A stretch of DNA of 64,000 nt from Candidatus Binatia bacterium (GCA_963664395.2 OY761159.2:2528001-2592000); one strand, 5' to 3'. Shown: positions 38,296 to 48,359, numbered from the stretch's first letter. Notes: generated by a model from the letters alone, not told the origin. Numbers and translations: made by a program.

Positions 38296-38736
38296 CTAGC
38301 TGGGCTCAAGGAGAAACAGGGCTTGGCCATATTCGACCGGTTGGCCGTTCTCGACCAAAACCCGGCGTACCCGCCCACGCAGCTCAGCCTCGATTTCATT
38401 CATCATTTTCATGGCTTCAATGATGCACACCACATCGCCTGTTTCCACCATCCCCCCCACTGCGACAAAGGGGGAGGTGTCAGGGTTGGACGCACCGTAA
38501 AATGTCCCGACCATAGGCGAGGTGATGGTCAGGTTCGGGTCGATACCATCCTGTTCCGCGGCTTTCGTCGGAGGCAAGACCTGGGAGGGGGCAGGCTGAG
38601 GTTGAACAGTCGCCGGCCCGGAAGCCGAGCTACCACGAACCAAGCGGACCTCTCCCGTGCGATTTTTGAGCTCCAGCTCCGACACGCCCTTTTCTTCCAT
38701 CAGCTCGATGAGCTTCCTGATCTCGTCAATCTCCAT
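38296..38736 (-). CDS. accB: Biotin carboxyl carrier protein
   Basis: SPMVGTFY, EAMKMMNEI. Confidence 0.97.
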   Translation of the reverse strand: MEIDEIRKLIELMEEKGVSELELKNRTGEVRLVRGSSASGPATVQPQPAPSQVLPPTKAAEQDGIDPNLTITSPMVGTFYGASNPDTSPFVAVGGMVETGDVVCIIEAMKMMNEIEAELRGRVRRVLVENGQPVEYGQALFLLEPS

Positions 38737-38836
38737 GGTCGTTCTTTGTCCTTACTCGATGGTATACCGGCGGCTGCTCTCTATACCATGCCCCCTTCGT
38801 CGCACCGACATCGTCCTTGCGGGTCTGAGAGAGGGC

Positions 38837-39277
38837 TCACCTCTGTACGATTGCAACCGCCGCACGTAAGCCCAGCAGATAGCTGTCCGCGCCAAAGCCA
38901 CAAATCTGTCCGACCGCTGCCCGCGCGATATAGGAGTGGTGGCGAAACGCTTCGCGTGTATACAAATTCGAGAGATGCACCTCGATAGTCGGGAGTTCGG
39001 CAGATAAAATCGCGTCCAGCAGGGCAACACTCGTATGGGTGTAGGCTCCGGCATTGATCATGAGCGCATCACACTGCCCACGTGCCGCCTGGATTTTATC
39101 GACCAATTCCCCCTCGTGATTCGACTGGAAGGTCTCAACCTCAACGCCGAGCTCCTGGGCCAAGGCAGCAATCCGGGCGTTCACGTCAGCCAAGGTCGTG
39201 GTCCCATAAATTTCGGGCTCACGCAGACCCAGCATATTCAGGTTCGGACCGTGTAAGACAAGGATGCGTATCGACAT
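38837..39277 (-). CDS. aroQ: Type II 3-dehydroquinate dehydratase
   Basis: [35 protein letters not shown]. Confidence 0.97.
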   Translation of the reverse strand: MSIRILVLHGPNLNMLGLREPEIYGTTTLADVNARIAALAQELGVEVETFQSNHEGELVDKIQAARGQCDALMINAGAYTHTSVALLDAILSAELPTIEVHLSNLYTREAFRHHSYIARAAVGQICGFGADSYLLGLRAAVAIVQR

Positions 39278-39390
39278 AAAGAAGAGGTAAGTGTAGGGGC
39301 AAACAGTAATAGCGTCAAGGTATTGGCTCAAGGTGTGAGCGTGAGGTGGGCGGGCTTCCAGCCCGCAATAATCGCGGCCAGGAAACGGAA

Positions 39391-40266
39391 TCAGGCAGAA
39401 GTCCGGCGTAAGAAATCACCGACTCGCCCTTCCGCTTTGCGGATATCGTCTTCATACTTCAGCAACAGGTTGAGCGTCCGTTTGACTGCCGGCGCGTCCA
39501 ATTCCCGTATACCAAGCGCCAGCAGGGCGCGCGTCCAGTCCAATGTTTCTGCTATGCTCGGTGCTTTCTTGATATCGAGCTTGCGCAGACTGCCCACAAA
39601 GCGCGCAATCTGGCGTTGCAGTTGCCCGTCTACCCCCGGCACCTTCAGCGCGATAATCTGCGCTTCCAACTCAACGCCCGGAAAATCGATATAGAGGTGG
39701 AAGCAGCGCCGTTTGAGCGCTTCCGAGAGTTCTCTGACGCGGTTGGAGGTCAGAATCACCGCTGGCCGACGGATTGCTCGGACTGTTCCCAGCTCCGGGA
39801 TACTCACCTGAAAATCGCTCAGCACCTCAAGCAAAAAAGCCTCGAACTCTTCATCTGCTTTATCGATCTCATCGATTAACAGCACAACTTTGTGGGGCGT
39901 ACTGATTGCACGTAGCAAGGGCCGCTCAAGCAGATAGTCGCGAGAAAAGATATGCGCCGCGCTCTCTTCCCAGCCTAGGTCCTGGGCCGTATCCGTCTGG
40001 ATTCTGAGCAACTGTTTCTGATAATTCCACTCGTATAACGCGCGCGCCTCATCCAGCCCCTCGTAGCATTGCAGGCGGATGAGTTCGGTCTGGAGCAGCT
40101 CGGCCAAGACTTTGGCAATCTCGGTTTTCCCAACCCCGGCCGGTCCTTCGATGAGCAGCGGTTTTTCCAATACCAGGGAGAGGTAGAGCGCGGTCTCGAC
40201 TTTGGGAACAGTCAGGTAGTGGCACTGCCTGAGCCCGGCGTGAATAGCGTCAAGAGAAATCTCCAC
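39391..40266 (-). CDS. MoxR/CoxD-type AAA+ ATPase
   Basis: [34 protein letters not shown]; GTG start overlaps the upstream TAG. Confidence 0.92.
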   Translation of the reverse strand: MEISLDAIHAGLRQCHYLTVPKVETALYLSLVLEKPLLIEGPAGVGKTEIAKVLAELLQTELIRLQCYEGLDEARALYEWNYQKQLLRIQTDTAQDLGWEESAAHIFSRDYLLERPLLRAISTPHKVVLLIDEIDKADEEFEAFLLEVLSDFQVSIPELGTVRAIRRPAVILTSNRVRELSEALKRRCFHLYIDFPGVELEAQIIALKVPGVDGQLQRQIARFVGSLRKLDIKKAPSIAETLDWTRALLALGIRELDAPAVKRTLNLLLKYEDDIRKAEGRVGDFLRRTSA

Positions 40267-41000
40267 TAGACCTCGATCACCATGCCGTCGTGGGCGCACT
40301 CAAGGGTGACTTCGCCCAGCCGTTCAAGGACTTCCCGACCAATATGACTGAGCAGCAGGCGTTTACAGCCCAGGCGGTGCTGCTCCTGGGCGATCCTGGG
40401 ATAGCTGATATGGAACGAGGTCTCGGTCTGAAAATAACAGCACTCACAGATAAACAGGTCGGTCCCGTGAGAGTGCCGGACCAAGTCCTCATTCCAGCCG
40501 CAGTCGCCGGAATACAACAGCGCCCGGTCGGCGGTTTCGACCCGATAGCCAAACGAAATATCCCGCTCCTGGTGCGGCACGCGGAAGGGCAGGAACTGAA
40601 CGCCACAGAGGGTCGTCTTCTGTCCCGGCATCAGTTCCCGGAAGCGCATATCGAAACAGCACGGCCGTTTCGACAACTCACGGTACATGGTGGCGTGGAG
40701 GGTGCGGACGCGCTCTTCGGTCCCTGGCGGTCCAACTATGGTGAGTGGCCGGGAGCGCGGGTTTTCATATATATATTCGAGAAAGAGAAACGGCAGGCCG
40801 CCAAAATGGTCGCCGTGCAGATGGCTGATGGCCACAAAATCTATCCGTTCTGCTGAAATGCCAAGAGATTTGAGAGCGAGCAGCGTTGTCGTGCCACAAT
40901 CGAGCAGAAAGCAGGCTTCAGGGGCTTCGACCAGATAGCCACTGTGGCGTCGCCCGCCGTTACAGAACGCATCGCCCGCGCCAAGCACTGTTACCCGCAT
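40266..41000 (-). CDS. MBL-fold metallo-hydrolase (RNase Z/BN-like)
   Basis: LDCG, SHLHGDHFGG (HxHxDH), YSGD, LLSH. Confidence 0.9.
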   Translation of the reverse strand: MRVTVLGAGDAFCNGGRRHSGYLVEAPEACFLLDCGTTTLLALKSLGISAERIDFVAISHLHGDHFGGLPFLFLEYIYENPRSRPLTIVGPPGTEERVRTLHATMYRELSKRPCCFDMRFRELMPGQKTTLCGVQFLPFRVPHQERDISFGYRVETADRALLYSGDCGWNEDLVRHSHGTDLFICECCYFQTETSFHISYPRIAQEQHRLGCKRLLLSHIGREVLERLGEVTLECAHDGMVIEV

Positions 41001-41015
41001 ATCTTGCCTCGCACT

Positions 41016-41095
41016 GCCGAGAGCGGCCGTGTCCCAAAAGGAAAAACGGAGGGAACCTCCGTCTTTCCAGACTCTCCCTGCGAGCCGCTCTTGGC
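41016..41095. other. Nested inverted repeat (terminator-like inner hairpin within an outer stem)
   Basis: Outer GCCGAGAGCGGC/GCCGCTCTTGGC; inner GGAAAAACGGAGG-gaa-CCTCCGTCTTTCC. Confidence 0.6.
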
Positions 41096-41148
41096 CTGAG
41101 TTCTACCGTGTTTGGTGTAGGCGGACAAGGGTTTGTATGACCCCAAGG

Positions 41149-41403
41149 CTAGGAAACCAGCCTGTCGTACTCGGCGTGTGTGCCGACCCATATCCAAGTG
41201 ATATCGCCGGCTTCTTCAATTCCTAACGCCCGATAATGCTCTCCAATGCGGACTGACCAGAGTTCGCCAATTTTTTTAAAGTGGAGCGAGGGATGCCGGG
41301 GATTGTTTTTGAGGAGTTGGTAGTTTCTATCTGCGAGAGCACGAACTGCTTGTGGCAAAGCGTGATAGCGTGCCCAAAATTTTGAGGACGCAAAATGTCT
41401 CAA
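41149..41403 (-). CDS. RelE/ParE-superfamily toxin
   Basis: 'NPRHPSLHFKK...WSVRIG.HYRALG...WIWVGTHAEYD'; overlaps the upstream antitoxin. Confidence 0.85.
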   Translation of the reverse strand: MRHFASSKFWARYHALPQAVRALADRNYQLLKNNPRHPSLHFKKIGELWSVRIGEHYRALGIEEAGDITWIWVGTHAEYDRLVS

Positions 41404-41642
41404 AGCTCGCGAGTCTTTCCCGCCTTGAGTTCCGCTCGCGCTTCGTTGATGAGGCGGTCCAGCTTTCCAGCCCGAAAGTCGGCCTCAATTTGTTTGTCCC
41501 AAAGCTGATGGTCAAGTTCGAGAAACCACGCCCGAAACCTCGCCAAGTCTTCTGACGAGAGTTGTAAGACCTGTTGCTCAAGTTGTTCCAATGCGCTCAT
41601 ACCTTCATCCTCTTCTGGTTCAAGAATTACAGTATAGCGCAT
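41400..41642 (-). CDS. Putative antitoxin ('WDKQIEAD..AGKLD' family) with a HicB-like 14-residue N-terminal extension
   Basis: Core starts at ATG 41600 (MSALEQLE); in-frame ATG 41642 with GAGGAG RBS gives MRYTVILEPEEDEG. Confidence 0.75.
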   Translation of the reverse strand: MRYTVILEPEEDEGMSALEQLEQQVLQLSSEDLARFRAWFLELDHQLWDKQIEADFRAGKLDRLINEARAELKAGKTREL

Positions 41643-41668
41643 CTCCTCTCTCAACGTTTTGGGGAGAT

Positions 41669-44600
41669 TTACTCAGATTTGGGAATCGGCATTCGCGGAG
41701 GAGCAGTCTTCCACATTAGAGCTACCTCGTCTGGAGTGAGTCCGTAGGCTTCATTCACCAAGTCACTGATTTGGCGTTCCAGGTTCAAGGCTTCGGCGGC
41801 TTGAATGCGAGCTGGTTCAATTGTCCGAGCGTGCTCATCACGTAGGCTTCGGAGGGCGGCAACGCTGAGCGGGTTCTTTTTGCCACGTAGCTTTTTTACC
41901 TCTGCGACAAAAGCGTCCGAATCAAGATCGCTGGGAGTTCGGAGTTTATTACTTGGCTTAGCAATTTCATGTTCCATCTGTAGCCAGTCCAAAATATCCA
42001 GACGAGTTTCTTGCTGGGATTTAGTAATTTGAAGTAAGCTCCGTGTGGCCTTTACAATCTCTGTATAGATCGAATCTGTAGGCTGCGTGATAGGCAAGGC
42101 TTCCATCATATAAGCCATTGGAGACAAACTTCGTCTTTTAGATGAGTGAATACCCGCCAGTTGTGCCACCACATCAGTGGTGAGTTCAAGACAGCAAGAA
42201 GGTAGAAATCATTTGTAGGAAGGAAATAAGTCTTATCATTACCTAATGTCTCTGCTGCGTCGTATGCGTAGCGCGGGTGATATTGAATTACTTGGTAAAA
42301 TATTTTGGGCTTGTCAAACATTTTCCAGTAAGCACACGCTCGCAATTCCCACCAATACCTTCCTTTGTCCTGCCTTTTTTTAAGGACCTCCTCAAATGGT
42401 TTCATGTAATTATAAAGACTGGGATACTTGTTCCGAAACACTTCCTCGGCCATATCTCCTGCCTCTGACCAGGGGTTTGGAAAATCGCTACTCGACTTCA
42501 TTACGATCATCCACAGCCCAGCCCAATCGGCCTCCCAACGCTTAATATCCTGCCCCCTAATATACGGCCTGACGAGTTCAGCACATTTTGGATCTGTCGC
42601 CACCAAGGAATTCCTAGTCTCCGAATTGATGAAAAAGACTTGGTTAAATCCAGTAAGAATTCCACGGTACGGCTTAACGCTTGCAAAATCCGATAAAGGC
42701 TCAGCCCGCTTCTGAATTTTTTTCAACAGGTCAACGACGGCTTTCGATTCTAATTGCCAAGCCTCGCTTTTGAGTTGGGATAGTTCCATCTCTACCCCCT
42801 CCCGGTCGATCTGCTCACTTAGGTCATCGATACGCAACTGCTCGCGTGGGATAGTGCAAAGCCGAGCCGTGGTTGGTTTAGAGATAGCTGTTGGTTTACG
42901 TGCAACAATAATAGACGGAAATACATCTGCCTCCTTAAAAATTTGCTTGGCGTGGCCAAAATCTACCACCGACTCGATCCAAGCCTTCTCGCCGAAGAAG
43001 CGCCGGAGTGCCTCTCCATAGCCTGCTTTCATCCACTTATTGGTGACAATGAAGGAAAGGAGACCGCCCGGCTTCAAAACGCGGATACCCAACTCGTAAA
43101 AATAGACGTACAAATCTGCCATGCCATGAAAGGATTCATAGGCGTTCTGGAAATACGGCTTATACGGCTTCAGCAATTCCTGGCGGACATACGGTGGATT
43201 GCCTACCACCACATCAAAGCCACCTTGCTCGAACACCTCTGGAAACTCAGCTTTCCAATTGAAGGCTTTGGGGTGAACGTCTCTGGCATGGATAACACTA
43301 TTCCCTTGACAAATCGTTTTATCCAGACTGGTTAAGACCTTCCCCCGGGCCGCTGTCTTTACCCACAAGCTGAGTTGACAGATTTGTACTGCCTCTGCAT
43401 TGAGGTCCACGCCATACAGGTTGTTTTGCAGGATTTGCCGGTCGAGATCGAACAGGGTTGGCTGGCCGCTCAGTTCTTCCAACCGGTCGTTGGATGCCTG
43501 ATAGGCCGTGTATAGCTGGTCAAACGCTTCGATCAGAAACGCACCGCTACCACAAGCTGGGTCAAGCACGCGAATGCTGCCTAGTGCTTTCTGCCAGTCG
43601 GCCCAAAAACGAATGAGCGTCGCCCGCTGTGGGTTATTCAGCTTGTCCAGCTCGTACACGTTGGGATCAGCTATGACGCTACGTGCGGTTCCTGTTGCTT
43701 CTTGCTCGTGCTGTTTACGCAACACCTCAAAACGGTCGTTTAGTACGCCGCCTAATGCTTGCTGGATTATATAACGAGTGATGAAGGCGGGCGTGTAAAA
43801 GGCTCCTTCTGTCTTACGACGCGACTTCGTCTTCTTGGTATCGCCCTGTTCGATCTGTCCGTCCATCTCGTTTCGCAGCCGCTCCAGGTCGGTAATCGAC
43901 TGCTCAAAAATATGGCCTAAAATATCCACATCAACCATGAGCCCGGCTGTCTCGCCCTCTTCATACAAGGCGACTTCGTTGGCGGGGCGATAATCGTAAT
44001 CTCCTAAATTGCGAAAGTAGCCGCAGACTTCATCCGGCACGTTTAAACCATCCACATCCAACACCGGATCAGGAGCAAATAAGCCGCCATTATAGGCAGG
44101 GATGTTCAAACCCACGTTACCTTGGTCAATGGAACGGAACAGTCCGCGAAAATTGTCCCAGATTGGACGGGGGTTATATGGGTCGCGGTGCTCAAATGCC
44201 TTTTTGATTGTTTCAGGAGGCAAGAGGCTTCGGTCTTCACAAAAGGCGCAAAATAAAATCCGATCCAGGAGTTTTTGGGTACAGCGGAGTACTTCATTTG
44301 GAGAAATCTCAGGATTCCTCAAACGCAACTGGTCAAACGCAGCCCTGCGCATATCAGCATAGCGAGCATAAAAGTCCTTGGTTAATTCGCGCTCTGTGGT
44401 TTCTGAGGCTTTGAGGAGGGCGTACAGATGGCATCTGCCTGTTTTTGGGGTGACTCGCTCCGCGCCGAGCAGAAAGACGAAGCGCTTCAACAGGGTATCA
44501 TCTTCACTGAGGCGAACAGTTTCAAAGCGTTCATAGGTGTGTTGGTCTGAGCCCTTGTGATACAGCCGAGTTTCCCGCATTGAGGTGACAATGATCCAAT

Positions 44601-45036
44601 CGCAAGGCAGATTGATTGCGTAGCGATAGGCTTGATCAACGGCTGACATATGCCGTCCTGCATATGGGCGTTCCAAAGGGTCTTTTGGGCCTTTCCCTTC
44701 TAGTGCGACGACCGGTTGCTCGGAGTCATCCCCGAATTGACCGAGTACGGCGTCGGCAAACTTACCGTCTACCTGCACGTGCTTTTCGCGAGACAACGTA
44801 TAGACGTTGTTCCCATCTGCCGGTCGCGTATAGCTGAGCAATTCACAGAAAAAGTCAGTCAGAAAGTCAGGTAGCAATTCCTTTTCTTTGAAGGAATCGA
44901 CCTTTTTCGACCGCATCAATTCAGCCCAATGCGCTAACTTGGGGCGTAGGGCTTCTACATGCCCAGGCAATTCAAACGTGGCAACATCTCTCCGCAGCAC
45001 ATCTGGGCGGAACAAGGGTTTGGCTTCAACTGGCAT
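41669..45036 (-). pseudogene. Fused type IIG (Eco57I/TaqI-C-like) restriction-modification enzyme, frameshifted near 42130
   Basis: N-terminal 'DAVLG...LEGKG' nuclease motif, LDPACGSGAFL, GNPPY (m6A), TRD region 'PKIFY...LLAVLNS'; the frame continues in 41669..42172 as 'LSPMAYMMEALPI...LVNEAYGLT'. Confidence 0.85.
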
Positions 45037-45200
45037 GACTGTCTCTCAGCACTGTCCTGGAGTCGTATGCGGAAAGTTGTAACCTTCTTAACTTTGTTTA
45101 AGGTGGAGAGCACCCCCACTCAGGAAGAATCGACTATCTTTACCAAGGGGCCATTGCTGGACTCACCCCCGCTCTCATGGTAAGCGCTGAGGCTGGCTGG

Positions 45201-45296
45201 GGGGAAGGATACGGCCCGGTGGCTGTACCGGTCTTCAAAACCGAGTTGCGTGGCGTAACGTTGCGCGGATGGTTCGACTCCATCCCTTCTCCGCCA
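45201..45296 (+). tRNA. selC: tRNA-Sec (anticodon TCA)
   Basis: 8-bp acceptor GGGGAAGG/CCTTCTCC plus G-CCA, 6-bp D-stem with CGGT loop, CT-TCA-AA loop, long variable arm, GATGG-TTCGACT-CCATC T-arm; next to selA. Confidence 0.95.
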
Positions 45297-45334
45297 AACC
45301 CTCTTCATATGTCAGGAATGTCCTATCAGGGTTC

Positions 45335-45427
45335 CTAGTCTGGGAGCGCAAAAGGAAATAAACCGAAGATTTCCTCCGCCCGTCGAATCCGAAGACGGCG
45401 TTCGTGGTTCAAATCAAAGGCGGTGAT
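45335..45427 (-). pseudogene. C-terminal remnant of an HNH endonuclease gene
   Basis: 'ITAFDLNHERRLRIRRAEEIFGLFP...*' with no start codon, directly after the small upstream partner gene. Confidence 0.55.
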
Positions 45428-45657
45428 GCCGTTCGACCTAATGCGCGCAGAGCCTGAACGCGGAGGAGGGAGATCGTTTCACTCAGCTCCACCAGGGCTT
45501 CGAGTTCCACTCGTTCCGATTCCGATAGGTGACCCTCCGTATTCCGATCCATCAAGGTCTGAAGATGCGTATCGATTTTCTGAGGAAACTGTAGATCGGC
45601 AATAGAGGTCACAAGTTCAATAGGGGCTTCGATTGTTGCTCCACTCGATTCTCTCAT
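45409..45657 (-). CDS. Small helical hypothetical protein (antitoxin-like partner of HNH genes)
   Basis: 'LQTLMDRNTEGHLSESERVELEALVELSE'; GGAGGG RBS. Confidence 0.7.
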   Translation of the reverse strand: MRESSGATIEAPIELVTSIADLQFPQKIDTHLQTLMDRNTEGHLSESERVELEALVELSETISLLRVQALRALGRTASPPLI

Positions 45658-45715
45658 ATTCCCTCCACTGTCGTTTCTCACAAACGTATATCTATCATTT
45701 TTTGTAGGGATACGT

Positions 45716-47086
45716 TCACGGCACAAGGTCCTGCGGATCAAAAATACCGCGCAGATCGAGCAAAAACGTGTCGTTGTGAATGCGACCTAAAATGGGCGGC
45801 TCGGCCTGCCGAAAACGCTGCGCGATTTTTTCTGCGGATAGTCTGGCATGTCGAACCGCAATGACCTTGCTTGGGAGTTCCTCCTCCGGCAGCGCCCCAC
45901 TGCCGATCTGGGCCGTTGCGTCTTCGACGCTCACATAAAATTCATTGCTAAGCGTCTGCTGTACAAGCGGAACGGCTTGGGCCGCCAGGGCCTCCATTTC
46001 CTTCAACGGTCGAGTCAGCCAACGCAGGGTGGGTAAATCCTGCTGTAAATTCGGTGAACGACGGTACAGGCGCAGTGTGGCGCTCAGGGCCGCCAGCGTC
46101 AGCTTGCCGAGACGTAGCGCCCGTTTGAGCGGGTTCTTTTTGATCTTGTCCACCCATTCTTTGCGACCGACAATGAGACCTGCCTGTGGCCCGCCGAGGA
46201 GTTTATCGCCGCTAAAGGTGACCACATCCGCGCCTTTGGCAATCCGCTCTGCCACGATCGGCTCCTTCGGCAATCCGTAGTGCGACAGATCAATCAGCGC
46301 GCCAGCCCCCAGGTCTTCCATGACCGGGACGGCCTGTGCGTTTCCCATGGCAACTAGCTCTTCCAGCCCAACTTCCGAGGTAAAGCCAATGACCCGATAA
46401 TTGCTGGTATGGACTTTGAGCAAGACACCCGTCCGGGCCGAGATGGCGCTGGCATAATCGTGCGGATGGGTCCGGTTGGTTGTGCCGACTTCGCGCAGCT
46501 CCACGCCGCTCTTGCGCATGACATCCGGGATACGGAAAGAGCCACCAATCTCAATCAGCTCACCACGGGAAACAATCCCTTCCTTCCCCTCCGCGAGCGT
46601 ATTCAGTGCCAATAACACCGCGGCCGCATTGTTATTCACAACAGTTGCCGCTTCAGCGCCGGTCAGTGCAATCAAGTCGGCCTCGACCAGATCGTCCCGG
46701 TCGCCACGGCCGGCCCGAGACACATCATATTCGAGCGTCACGGGTGTGGACGCCGCCCGGACCATTGCGGCTACGGCCTCCTGCGCCAGCAGGGCACGCC
46801 CGAGGTTGGTATGCAACACCGTGCCGGTGGCATTGATGACCGAACGCAAGGGTGATTGGTCCTCGCGCCGGAGTCGGGTTATAATGCGCTCGACCAGGGC
46901 GCGCTCGGCAAGCGGAGCGGTATGAGCGCCGGACATAATATCTTGACGCAACGTCTCCAACACCTGACGAATAAGGTCGGTAATATAGGTTCGGTTGTAG
47001 CGTGCCAGGATGGGCTGAAGCGCTTGAGCGCCCAGAAGTCTTTCCACGGATGGGAGCGCGCGCAGGAGGGGGTGAGGCTTTGTCAT
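45716..47086 (-). CDS. selA: L-seryl-tRNA(Sec) selenium transferase
   Basis: INATGTVLHTNLGRA, VNNNAAA, EIGGSFR, EVGTTNRTH, FSGDKLLGGPQAG. Confidence 0.97.
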   Translation of the reverse strand: MTKPHPLLRALPSVERLLGAQALQPILARYNRTYITDLIRQVLETLRQDIMSGAHTAPLAERALVERIITRLRREDQSPLRSVINATGTVLHTNLGRALLAQEAVAAMVRAASTPVTLEYDVSRAGRGDRDDLVEADLIALTGAEAATVVNNNAAAVLLALNTLAEGKEGIVSRGELIEIGGSFRIPDVMRKSGVELREVGTTNRTHPHDYASAISARTGVLLKVHTSNYRVIGFTSEVGLEELVAMGNAQAVPVMEDLGAGALIDLSHYGLPKEPIVAERIAKGADVVTFSGDKLLGGPQAGLIVGRKEWVDKIKKNPLKRALRLGKLTLAALSATLRLYRRSPNLQQDLPTLRWLTRPLKEMEALAAQAVPLVQQTLSNEFYVSVEDATAQIGSGALPEEELPSKVIAVRHARLSAEKIAQRFRQAEPPILGRIHNDTFLLDLRGIFDPQDLVP

Positions 47087-47118
47087 ACCCGCCTCAGCTT
47101 GTCACACGGCTTTCCCCC

Positions 47119-47148
47119 TTGCAACTGCGAAAGCCGAACTGCTAGCCT
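47119..47148 (+). promoter_or_regulatory. Putative sigma70 promoter of the esterase gene
   Basis: TTGCAA-N18-TAGCCT with TG extended -10. Confidence 0.45.
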
Positions 47149-47155
47149 CGCCCTG

Positions 47156-47208
47156 AAGAAGAACCGTGTTCTTCACTGATTCCTGATCGGCTGAACACGG
47201 TTCTTCTT
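47156..47208. repeat. Perfect 16-bp inverted repeat in the selA/esterase intergenic region
   Basis: AAGAAGAACCGTGTTC-N21-GAACACGGTTCTTCTT. Confidence 0.85.
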
Positions 47209-47229
47209 TACAGACAAGGGAGGCCGACT

Positions 47230-48330
47230 ATGGCAAGCGTTGCGGAACACTATCACGAGACGACGACCCGCCAGGCCGAACAGATTCTGTCGTTCTTGCG
47301 GACCTTTGAGGCGCTCCAGGAGCAGGTCCATTTAGGGAAAATCAGCCAGCATCAGGCCGAACTCGTCGAAAAAGTGGGCGACCTCTTTTCTGCCATCAAT
47401 GCGGAGAACGAACACCTGGAAGTCCCGCCGGAACGGGCCGCCTTCCATACAAAATGGCTGCCCGCCCTTGAACATCTTGACGATGCGTATACGTCCTTTC
47501 GCACCGGCTCAGCGCATAATTTTATTGTCGCCTATATGCAGAGCCGGCAGGCATTTTCATTGGGTAAATATCTGTTGTACAGCCTGCGCGCTGCGCTTCC
47601 GCCCATTCAGCCGTATTGGTTTTTGCCGGATGATTTCCCGCGTCGGACAGAGCTTGAAACACCAGCCACAAGCAATAGTGCCCGCACCGGGGTGATGCAT
47701 CGGGAGCAAACCAATAAGCACGCCGAGTATTCATTGTATGTTCCCGAGAACTACGACCCCGGCAAACGCTGGCCCCTTGTTATCACCCTCCACGGAGGCC
47801 ATGGGCGCGGCGATGACTATCTTCTCACCTGGCTCAGAACAGCGAAGAGTCGAGGCTTTCTCCTCCTCTCGCCCAAATCCCTGGGCCGGACCTGGTCCAT
47901 TGAGCAGCCGGGGCTGGATGTGCGCTCTATTCTGTCCATGCTTGAAGAAGTCATGGATGAATACGCGGTGAATACGAGTCGTATTCTGGTCAGCGGTCTG
48001 TCCGACGGCGGGACATTCTCGTATGCGCTCGGCATCAGTTGCCCGAAGCTCTTCGTTGGCATCGCCCCCATTGCCGGTGTCCTCCTGCCCCGGCTCGATT
48101 ATAAACAGGCCACCGCCCTGCCCATCTTTATTGTCCACGGGGCAAAGGATTTTATTTTCCCTGTCTCTTCAGCGCGCATGGCCCGGGACTTTTTAGAAGG
48201 ACAGGAGTTTGCCCACGTCACGTATACGGAGCTGCCCGACTGGGGGCACGCCTACACGTATGCCATCAATGAAACCCTTGTCCGGCCCTGGTTTGAAAAA
48301 CTCCCGGATCGACTCCACGCGACGGGCTAA
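47230..48330 (+). CDS. Alpha/beta hydrolase (phospholipase/carboxylesterase) with helical N-terminal domain
   Basis: LHGG, GLSDGG nucleophile elbow, HGAKD, WGH. Confidence 0.85.
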   Translation: MASVAEHYHETTTRQAEQILSFLRTFEALQEQVHLGKISQHQAELVEKVGDLFSAINAENEHLEVPPERAAFHTKWLPALEHLDDAYTSFRTGSAHNFIVAYMQSRQAFSLGKYLLYSLRAALPPIQPYWFLPDDFPRRTELETPATSNSARTGVMHREQTNKHAEYSLYVPENYDPGKRWPLVITLHGGHGRGDDYLLTWLRTAKSRGFLLLSPKSLGRTWSIEQPGLDVRSILSMLEEVMDEYAVNTSRILVSGLSDGGTFSYALGISCPKLFVGIAPIAGVLLPRLDYKQATALPIFIVHGAKDFIFPVSSARMARDFLEGQEFAHVTYTELPDWGHAYTYAINETLVRPWFEKLPDRLHATG

Positions 48331-48359
48331 AAGGCTTGTGGGCGATGGGGTGTGCTGGT

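Noticed and set aside
41016-41095. SRP RNA (ffs) or SAM/glycine riboswitch
   Set aside because: A GGAA-loop hairpin is present, but the SRP CAGG/AGCA internal loop and the riboswitch consensus cores are absent
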